This document shows, in pieces, positions 6,906 through 14,572 of a stretch of DNA of 23,314 nt (the first letter of the stretch is position 1; every line of letters starts with the position of its first letter). The translations under genes were made by a program, and so were the position numbers. The DNA is from a virus (Duplodnaviria; Heunggongvirae; Uroviricota; Caudoviricetes), in IMG/VR virus record IMGVR_UViG_3300046002_003930, positions 64,001-87,314 of that record, one strand, 5' to 3'. The notes under the pieces were generated by a model that saw only the letters and a program-made list of their open reading frames with translations, was not told where the DNA came from and ran no database searches.

Positions 6906-9900
6906 TGTAGCGGTAACAGTTGCGCCTTGAATGGCGCCACCTGTTAGGATACCTTTGTCAGCAATGGAACGAAGCCATGTACCGTCAGTCATATTCCAAC
7001 CGCCGTTATATGTTTCGCAATAGAATCCGCCAGTGCCTTGAGCACGGAAGTAGTTTCCGGAACCGGAGTAGAACTCTACACCAGATATATTGCCATTAGT
7101 CCAAATACCATTGCCAATAGCTGTTTGGGTTGTGCCACCCCACTGGACTAGAAGCTGGTGTCCGAGACCAACTTTAGATTGCGGGTTATTGCCCGCGCCG
7201 CCGTAATCAGGGTTATAAGACCATGCAAGACCATAGAAGCTGCCGTAGTTAGTGCTAGCACCACCTGCTGGAAGAACATATGACGCACCCATAGCCCAAA
7301 TACCTTGAGTATTAGTTGGGTCATACACACCTACCGCTTGACCGCGTACAGTATCATACTGGTTATTGCGAACAGAGTTGTGAATGGTTCCAAGAGTACC
7401 ATGAGACCTAATTATAGGAATACCAGCAGTAGATGAATTAGACATTTGTAATGTCCAGTTGCCAGCACTATCCAAGAAGCCGTGATAGTTGCCGTTATCT
7501 GCGTAAACACTAGCGCGATCTATGCCACCGGCCGTATACAATCTAATACGTGCGACGGTACTTCCAGTACTCAGTGTTGCTCCGTCTCCGCTGGAACCTA
7601 AGTTCCAATGTGAACCAGATGTTGATGAATAAATGCCGCCGCCAAGGCTATCAAACCAGTTAGCCGTTAGATAACCCCCGGCGTTTCTAACTGCTACTGT
7701 GTTTATAGTAGCGACCATAGACGATTGATAACCATCTAGAAGGTCAGCATCTAGGCCAGAACCAGCCCCATCGTTCCCATCATTCCAGAACTTTTTCCAC
7801 CCTTGACGAGTACCGTTCTGAATAGTTTGGGTGTAAATATCTCCAACACCAGCGCCAGTCATACGAATAGCTAGTGTATTACTGTAATACGTTAGTGGGT
7901 CACCATGTGACATTCGTATAGTATTAAACCACTCTCCATCTGGTGCTTCAGTAATACCTAGAGCCGAAGATTGCCAGTATTGTAGCGCGTTGTCTGGGGC
8001 ATCCCTAGTTGAGGCTACGAAGCTTGACCCGCCGGATAGAGTTCCGTAAAAGTTTGTAGCGGTTACGTTCACAAATGTTGGAGACGCATCAGTTCGCACA
8101 GACTGGTTTAGATAAGATGAAAATTGGTAGCCATCCCACAAGTCAGCATCTAGGCCAGACCCGGCGCCATCATTAGCATCGTTCCACATCTTGCGCCATG
8201 CACTAGCACTTGCAAACGCTCCGTCACTAACTCCAGAACCAGAACGCCACCACATATTAGCGTCATTATAGTTCATATAAATTTGTGACATAGTGTCAGA
8301 GCCGCGGATAACCAGCATATTGCTATAACCACCGTACCCAGAAGGCCCATTAGTAACTGTAGGCCCAAATCGGTAGAACCCTGAATCAGTAACTGTGTTT
8401 AGGTTAACTGCATCAGAAAGTCCAACATATTTTAACGTGAAAGCTGCTGCTTGATTTCCGTCAAGTAAGTCAGCATCAAGCCCAGAACCTGCACCATCAT
8501 TACTACTATCCCAAACAGTTCTCCATGCTTGCCACGTTCCTCCATTTTTACCGCGAATAGCAATTTGCCCAGTACGGTAGTCACCAAAGATTTGGTGCTG
8601 CCAGTCTGTGCTATATGCTTGGGTGTAAAGTGCGCCGTCAGCCTGTCCAAGAATAGATATACCAGTAACATAACTGATACCGTTTTTTGCAAGCGTGTCT
8701 GCCGCTACTGGAGTCAAATTGTTACTATTAGAAAAGTCACCAGCATGAACAACTTTGTTACCATTTATTTGTATGCCCGCCGCATTGGTGGCGAGCCACG
8801 CGTTGGTGTTAAGACCCCATGTTACACCAGCAATACCGCTGATATGGAAGCTCATGTAAGCGGCACGGTTACCATCACCATTGTAAATTTCTAATGCGGA
8901 GTTAGTATAGCTGTTAGCATAGATATCACCTGCACTAGTTCCTGCGGAAGATGAGAAAGTCTTGCGCCCGCTTGCAGTTTGTACTCCTGCAAGTTGCATA
9001 AATGCATTACTATTAATACCATCAAGAAGATCAGCATCTAAGCCACTACCAGCACCGTCATTGCTCGAGTGCCAAATTCCACTGCCATTAACTGTAGGAG
9101 TTGCAGCAAACGTAATAATTTTTGATGCATCCCAGGTGTACAGCGGGCTTGAACCACCGTAGTCTGTCATTAGGGACATTCCACCAATGGTTACATCGTT
9201 AGCATTGGTTGCGGTACGTTCAATAGTTATTCTAAAATGTGGATAAGTGCTGGAAGGTGTTCCAGTCATCTTATGTGTAATATACCCGGGCCAAGTAGAA
9301 GCCCAACCTGAAGTATAGTACGGAAGCCATGTAGCCCCGGTTTCTGACTTCTCAAAGATGAATCGAATACTATTGCCGTTTGTCGAGCATGCCGCAACGA
9401 AGTTATCAGTAAATATGTAGCCAATAGGGCTCCAAGTAAATCTAACTTTTTGAACAGAAGATGGGATATTGAATCCGCCCCACTGATTACTAATCATTCC
9501 CTTGAAAATTGAGGTTGGAATAGTGATTGAACTAAAGTTTGTCCCGTCAGTGGACCAAGTAGCTGTGGTAGGCGGCGTGAACGCTAAACGATCAGTAACA
9601 ATACCGCTTAGTGTAGTAGTGCTGGCACCAAACCACGAGGCCATATCCATTGTTGGATTCAGGACAGATTGTGTATAGTTATCTTGCGTGAATATGCGGC
9701 TCGCAGTCACATCAGCAAATGTGACGTGATTGTTGAGACGGGCGAATGCTGAGCTATCGTACCCATCCAGAAGATCAGCATCCAGACCAGAGCCAGCACC
9801 ATCATTGCCAGAAGTCCAAATCGTATGTCCGCCAGCTGTGATAGAGGGAGAAGAAAATGTAACATTTCCAGTACCTCTAGCAATTCGAAAACGCTCTACT

Positions 9901-12563
9901 GGTGAACTATTATCATAAGATAGGAACACAAATGCTCCGCCCTGGCCGGCACCACCACCTGTGTAGGTGCTGGTAAAATAGGTGGTGTCGCCGTCGTACG
10001 CCATTGAGCCGAACTGACCAAAAGAACTTGGACGATGTACGTTGATACCGCTTGTTCGCGCATCAAATGTAGCTGTGTTGTATATTGTGAGCGCACCGTT
10101 TGGTACATTCGTTCCGATGCCGATTTTACCAGACGATTGAATCGACATAGATATTGCGCCGCCCGAAGTAAAGTTCAGACGAGTACCAGAGCCCCAGTAG
10201 ATAGCAGCTTCGCCGGAAGATTGGCCGATGCCGACAGTACGAACGGCCGTTCTATATTGAAGACCACCATCGGTATTTGCACCGACCACATCAAGAACGG
10301 CACTTGGAGTAATCGTTCCAATACCGACATAGCCCCCCGTGGGGTTAAGAGATAGGAATCTTACGGCACCAGCAGCATCAGCGTACGATCGAATTTCGCC
10401 GTAAGCTGAACCAGCGTTTCCTGCCATATAAGTGCCACCAGCAGCATTATAGCGAGAAGGGCTTCCGATGGCATTGAAAGCGTTAGCAAATACGTTGCCG
10501 GCGACTTCAAGCTTATCACCTGGTGACGTTGTACCAATACCAACATACCCATCATGACTAAGACGGATACGTTCAGTTGCAGTGCCGTTACTAACTGTAG
10601 AGATAGTTCCATATGCGCCGACACCCTGATTTATGCCGCCACCTAATTGCATACCATAATTGTCACGAGCTACGCGAATATTACTTGCAACCGAGGCCCC
10701 ACCAGAAGCTTTATCGATATGAAGTTCGGCGCTTGGTGATGTTGTACCAATACCAAATCTTCCGTTGTCTTTAAATACTGCCAGCTGAGCTGTAGACGCG
10801 TTCCAGATTACAACTTCACCACCAGAAGGTGCTTGAATATAAGTTTGTGGAGTACCAGCACCAGAGTAATATCCAAGTACGCCTCCAACAGGATTAGCAG
10901 TGTAACCAGAGCTAGTGACCATTATTCTGCCGTTGACGTGCAGCCTCTCGGTTGGTGCAGTTGTGTTGATACCAACGTTGCCGTCTTTCTTCAAGTAAAG
11001 TTGATTAGTCCTGTTACTCCACGTCCCCAGTACAAGATCGCCCTCTGTGAGGAAGAAGTTGGTATAGATGCTGGAAACGCCGCCTGTCGTAGCATTACCG
11101 TGTATAGTCAGGAAGCTGCCAACGGTTCCACCACCGACTTGGAGACCCGTCGTGACACTGTTGGCAAGACGAATGTCCAACGCACCAGCTGGTGCAGTTG
11201 TTCCAATACCAACGAGACCAACGCTTGAAACCGTTATCGAGGTGGCAGCATTACCAAGACCTGCACCACCATAATCATTTGTAAGGTATATATTTGAGTC
11301 ACTAGCCTTACTGCCAAGACGCAGCGAAGCGGCTCCAGCTTGGTGTAGCTGAAGTGAAGTTTCTACTCCGGTATTTTCGGCCCCATATAATGTAGCAGCG
11401 CTTCCAGTATTATAGCTTTGGAAGCTACCTACGCGAAGTCGGCCATTAATATTAACTCTTTCATCGCCAACTGGTGCAGTAGCACCAATTAATAGTTTGC
11501 CATCGACATTAACGCGTAGACGTTCTAAAGTTGCACTAGAGGTCGGTACAAACTGATTGATTGCAAAATAACCTGCGCCACTTCCGTCACCTGAGTAAGT
11601 TGCTACAAGCCCAGAACGGTAATCAGCAACAGGAACAACGTGAATACTACCAATAGCGAAGTTGCCAGACGAAGCTTTAGCGCGTAAAGCTAAACCTGCT
11701 TGAGCACTTGCTGAACTTGCACTAAGTATTTGAGTCCAGGTTGAGGCATGCAGATCGATTGCACTAACCGAAGCGTCCGAAACAAAAGACCATGTAGATA
11801 TAATAGTAGCTGTTTCATCTTTACGTGGAAAGGCTACGGCATGATAGCCATCTAGAAGATCGGCATCAAATCCTGCACCAGGATTATATTGAGGTATATT
11901 TATTGCATACGAAAAAACTGGAGACGATTCATTACCTGAATAATCTACTGTGGCCACCCAATAATAAAGATCTGTTGAAACAGTTTTAGAATGATTATAT
12001 TTATACACGCCACCTTTTGGCGCAGAAGTTGCTAATACAATTAAAGGGTTAAATATTGGACTAACTGTGCCACCATATATTTTTACATGGCTATAATCTA
12101 AGTCAGTAGGGTCAGTCCATGTAATAGTAACTTCTTTTGATGTGGAACTACCGAAAGCAGATAGTCCTGTTACAACTCCTGGAGGTGTAACGTCACCATT
12201 TGCTACAACGGAATTAGAAACAGGGCTCCAACTTCCAGATCTTAATCCGTTTTTATTGGATCCTTTTACTCTTATACTGTACGTTAAAGGGCTAGGCTTT
12301 ATTTCAACTTCGAAGTTTTTAATAGACGCAACTGGGCTGCTAATTACCCAAGTTGTTCCATTATTGATTTCAATATCATACGTAGTAGCCTCCGTCACCG
12401 AATCCCAACTACCAGACAGATATGATTTAACAGTGCCGTCTTTAGCTATAAATGTAGATAAGCTAATTACTGGAGCATTAGTAATACTTGCAATTGTGCC
12501 AACGCTTGATGGGGCCGAACCCTCTACGCCTATGCTACTTGGGTGAAATGACGAAAAACGCAT
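6624..12563 (-). CDS. Long modular tail fibre (1979 aa): N-terminal FN3 domains, repeat shaft, knob modules, C-terminal peptidase S74 intramolecular chaperone
   Basis: FN3 motifs (LSGSWDSVTEATTYDIE; DVTPPGVVTGLSA..VTITWTDPTDLDYSHVKIY..YYWVATVDYSGNES), VGIGTTxP repeats, GAGSGLDADLLDG repeats, knob-like LNTVTDSGFY...WRKMW, and the S74 motif TSDLRLKSEI...GVIAQEV followed by a terminal coiled coil. AGGA SD 10 nt upstream. Confidence 0.9.
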   Translation of the reverse strand: MRFSSFHPSSIGVEGSAPSSVGTIASITNAPVISLSTFIAKDGTVKSYLSGSWDSVTEATTYDIEINNGTTWVISSPVASIKNFEVEIKPSPLTYSIRVKGSNKNGLRSGSWSPVSNSVVANGDVTPPGVVTGLSAFGSSTSKEVTITWTDPTDLDYSHVKIYGGTVSPIFNPLIVLATSAPKGGVYKYNHSKTVSTDLYYWVATVDYSGNESSPVFSYAINIPQYNPGAGFDADLLDGYHAVAFPRKDETATIISTWSFVSDASVSAIDLHASTWTQILSASSASAQAGLALRAKASSGNFAIGSIHVVPVADYRSGLVATYSGDGSGAGYFAINQFVPTSSATLERLRVNVDGKLLIGATAPVGDERVNINGRLRVGSFQSYNTGSAATLYGAENTGVETSLQLHQAGAASLRLGSKASDSNIYLTNDYGGAGLGNAATSITVSSVGLVGIGTTAPAGALDIRLANSVTTGLQVGGGTVGSFLTIHGNATTGGVSSIYTNFFLTEGDLVLGTWSNRTNQLYLKKDGNVGINTTAPTERLHVNGRIMVTSSGYTANPVGGVLGYYSGAGTPQTYIQAPSGGEVVIWNASTAQLAVFKDNGRFGIGTTSPSAELHIDKASGGASVASNIRVARDNYGMQLGGGINQGVGAYGTISTVSNGTATERIRLSHDGYVGIGTTSPGDKLEVAGNVFANAFNAIGSPSRYNAAGGTYMAGNAGSAYGEIRSYADAAGAVRFLSLNPTGGYVGIGTITPSAVLDVVGANTDGGLQYRTAVRTVGIGQSSGEAAIYWGSGTRLNFTSGGAISMSIQSSGKIGIGTNVPNGALTIYNTATFDARTSGINVHRPSSFGQFGSMAYDGDTTYFTSTYTGGGAGQGGAFVFLSYDNSSPVERFRIARGTGNVTFSSPSITAGGHTIWTSGNDGAGSGLDADLLDGYDSSAFARLNNHVTFADVTASRIFTQDNYTQSVLNPTMDMASWFGASTTTLSGIVTDRLAFTPPTTATWSTDGTNFSSITIPTSIFKGMISNQWGGFNIPSSVQKVRFTWSPIGYIFTDNFVAACSTNGNSIRFIFEKSETGATWLPYYTSGWASTWPGYITHKMTGTPSSTYPHFRITIERTATNANDVTIGGMSLMTDYGGSSPLYTWDASKIITFAATPTVNGSGIWHSSNDGAGSGLDADLLDGINSNAFMQLAGVQTASGRKTFSSSAGTSAGDIYANSYTNSALEIYNGDGNRAAYMSFHISGIAGVTWGLNTNAWLATNAAGIQINGNKVVHAGDFSNSNNLTPVAADTLAKNGISYVTGISILGQADGALYTQAYSTDWQHQIFGDYRTGQIAIRGKNGGTWQAWRTVWDSSNDGAGSGLDADLLDGNQAAAFTLKYVGLSDAVNLNTVTDSGFYRFGPTVTNGPSGYGGYSNMLVIRGSDTMSQIYMNYNDANMWWRSGSGVSDGAFASASAWRKMWNDANDGAGSGLDADLWDGYQFSSYLNQSVRTDASPTFVNVTATNFYGTLSGGSSFVASTRDAPDNALQYWQSSALGITEAPDGEWFNTIRMSHGDPLTYYSNTLAIRMTGAGVGDIYTQTIQNGTRQGWKKFWNDGNDGAGSGLDADLLDGYQSSMVATINTVAVRNAGGYLTANWFDSLGGGIYSSTSGSHWNLGSSGDGATLSTGSTVARIRLYTAGGIDRASVYADNGNYHGFLDSAGNWTLQMSNSSTAGIPIIRSHGTLGTIHNSVRNNQYDTVRGQAVGVYDPTNTQGIWAMGASYVLPAGGASTNYGSFYGLAWSYNPDYGGAGNNPQSKVGLGHQLLVQWGGTTQTAIGNGIWTNGNISGVEFYSGSGNYFRAQGTGGFYCETYNGGWNMTDGTWLRSIADKGILTGGAIQGATVTATSDLRLKSEIKPLTNFSKVIDATNVYSFIKDGTRQWGVIAQEVLNTPAALLVHEGGTKFHDGTPILTVDFAGFTYALLAEVKELRKRVALLEAK
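7732..11883 (-). repeat. Six dispersed (W..xNDG)AGSGLDADL(L/W)DG peptide repeats in the fibre
   Basis: Copies at about 7732-7788, 8130-8187, 8458-8512, 9018-9075, 9763-9819, plus a degenerate copy (NPGAGFDADLLDG) at about 11848-11883. Synonymous positions differ between copies. Confidence 0.9.
10090..11490 (-). repeat. Six (plus one degenerate) G.(V/I/F)GIGT..P...L.(V/I) shaft repeats in the fibre
   Basis: GLVGIGTTAP, GNVGINTTAP, GRFGIGTTSP, GYVGIGTTSP, GYVGIGTITP, GKIGIGTNVP and degenerate GKLLIGATAP, spaced about 70 aa apart. Confidence 0.88.
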
Positions 12564-12565
12564 AT

Positions 12566-14572
12566 TTATTCGATCCTATATCTAATCCAGTAATATTTAA
12601 TTACTATTGAATCGGATTGCACTACGTCAATATATGAAGTAGCAGTTGAAGGTAGTGTCGCAATAAGAGAGGCCGTTACAATTGGCAGAGTTAATCCACT
12701 TGCATTGGTAAAGCCTGTAAGTCCTGCACCGTCTAGTGATTCGCTTAAAGTGAAAGTGGTACTAGTTGGGGCAGTCTTAATATAATAAGTTTTATTATAT
12801 TCTAACCCATTTAATGCGGTCTGGCTGGTGATCTTATCATTCAGCGCGAAACCGTGGGCCGCAGAAGTTGTAAATGTGTTTCCACCAGAAATTGTTGTGA
12901 TCGTTCTATTAAGAGTCGATTGATTTGAACGGAATATTTCTAAATACACTGTCGAATCATTAGTAACCGTATTCGCCCACTCAAGCTCAATGGCGCCAAC
13001 CATGGCATCCGCGTCACCAATTTGTGTGGCAACAAGGTTGCCAGGTAGGATTGTTGAAGCGTTCGCTGATTGTCCCGCCGCCGAACTAATGCGCCTAATG
13101 TTGCTGATAAGGTAGAACTTATCGTCGTACTCTTCGGCAACAATATCTACAGTTGCATTCTCGTTGTGCGCTAGGTTAATGATTCTGAACTTCTTATCAA
13201 CCCAATCATATTTGTCGTGCTGAAGTTGAATTACGCTACCTGCAAGAAGCAGAAGTCCTTTAGGCGCTACATTTAAGTTAATAGTTAATCCGTATCGTGA
13301 CTTAACCAAGAATTTATCGGCCAGCATTCTAGCATTGTAATAATTTGTAATTCCTGGGATTGATACGTTACCCTTCTTAGGTACGTTTCTATCCGCTTTC
13401 AGGAACTCGGAATTGAAGAAGCTAATGTTTCGACCTTCAAACTTGTTGGAAGGGTCGGCATAGGCAACAGTTAGAGAATTAAACGCTTTTCTGATTCCCT
13501 CGTCGGATACCTGAATTTTTCCGATAATATCATCTATTGTAAGGTTTCTTACATCATTCGCTAAAATTGGAGGCTCTGAAACTTCTACATCAAGATGATA
13601 CTTACCGGCTGAATAGCGTAAAATACCGCCAAAGTGCTGAAGCATGTTGTTCAAATTGTCTGAAATGGGCACCGAGGTATCAATTGATAGGTTGCCTTGG
13701 TGTCTAGTAACATATCTCTGATCGTGTGCGTCCCACCCAAGATACCTCCAGTAGTCTACTCCATCTGAATCGTACAGAGAGTATCCTGAAATCAGTTGAT
13801 CTTTGGTATTTACATCTCGTACTGGATTACCAGCTGCAAATAAGGCTAAAGTTGCTGGGCCAGCGCCTGAGATTTTGGTAATATTTACAGAAGACTGAAA
13901 TGCTAATCCTCCAGAAGTGTCGGATAAGTGCACTGGGCGGGTCGTAATAGTTCCAGCGCCAGTAGTCAAATAGAGTCTATCTTCTTCGTAAACGAGAGTC
14001 CCTGATTCATAAACTTTCCAACTACACCATTTATTTGCCAGCTTACCTATACATTCAGTAAATCTGATGTGTCCAGTTTTCCAGCTCTTAACCTTACCTT
14101 GCCACTTCAGTGTACCGCTCGTAAATGTGTACACATCTCCCACAGCGAGCGCTCCGAAGGCTGTAGCAGTCTTAATTGTAACATCGGACTGTGCGTCACA
14201 TAAACGAGCACTTTCCAGCCACGAAGGAAGGTATAAGTCTTTGAAAGGATCTAAGCCCTTACCGTAGCGTACAGACTTGATGTAATCAAGTGTCTGAATA
14301 GCAAAATTAATGCTAACACGAGAATCGGGATAACGAGGAACAATATCGTAAGTATCACCCACAGTAGGAATAAAATCCGCATCCCAAATTCCGCTGATCG
14401 TCGCAATGCGTGTAGTACCGTCATAGTCTACGATATCCTTTCTTTGAACAAGCTGTTTGCCTGTTGCTGCATCAAAACGAGTAAGCACAATTTTATATCC
14501 AACGTAGTAGTTATCTACTGCGGAGGCTGCTACTGCTAATTTGATGGTGTTTCTTGAAACAATTGTTGGCAT
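12566..14572 (-). CDS. Baseplate hub protein, C-terminal part (T5 pb3-like) with a C-terminal FN3
   Basis: SINFAIQTLDY..SVRYGKGL, YWRYLGWD, FGGILRY..GKYHLDVE, FNS..V..ADP, FFNSEFLKAD, ITNYYNAR..ADK...KSRY and KY.W.DKKF all match pb3-type hub motifs as I recall them. TAATG overlap with the upstream ORF; AGGA SD 8 nt upstream. Confidence 0.85.
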   Translation of the reverse strand: MPTIVSRNTIKLAVAASAVDNYYVGYKIVLTRFDAATGKQLVQRKDIVDYDGTTRIATISGIWDADFIPTVGDTYDIVPRYPDSRVSINFAIQTLDYIKSVRYGKGLDPFKDLYLPSWLESARLCDAQSDVTIKTATAFGALAVGDVYTFTSGTLKWQGKVKSWKTGHIRFTECIGKLANKWCSWKVYESGTLVYEEDRLYLTTGAGTITTRPVHLSDTSGGLAFQSSVNITKISGAGPATLALFAAGNPVRDVNTKDQLISGYSLYDSDGVDYWRYLGWDAHDQRYVTRHQGNLSIDTSVPISDNLNNMLQHFGGILRYSAGKYHLDVEVSEPPILANDVRNLTIDDIIGKIQVSDEGIRKAFNSLTVAYADPSNKFEGRNISFFNSEFLKADRNVPKKGNVSIPGITNYYNARMLADKFLVKSRYGLTINLNVAPKGLLLLAGSVIQLQHDKYDWVDKKFRIINLAHNENATVDIVAEEYDDKFYLISNIRRISSAAGQSANASTILPGNLVATQIGDADAMVGAIELEWANTVTNDSTVYLEIFRSNQSTLNRTITTISGGNTFTTSAAHGFALNDKITSQTALNGLEYNKTYYIKTAPTSTTFTLSESLDGAGLTGFTNASGLTLPIVTASLIATLPSTATSYIDVVQSDSIVIKYYWIRYRIE

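Noticed and set aside
7000-7100. GGWNMTDGTWLR motif, reminiscent of shufflon/PilV-type segments, as a sign of DNA inversion
   Set aside because: I saw no invertase, no inverted alternative C-termini and no crossover repeats; it is a common fibre module.
7732-11883. Dispersed nucleotide repeats as a CRISPR array or DGR template/variable repeat
   Set aside because: They are in-frame peptide repeats with synonymous divergence and irregular long spacing. There is no adenine-specific mismatch pair, and no reverse transcriptase or cas gene.
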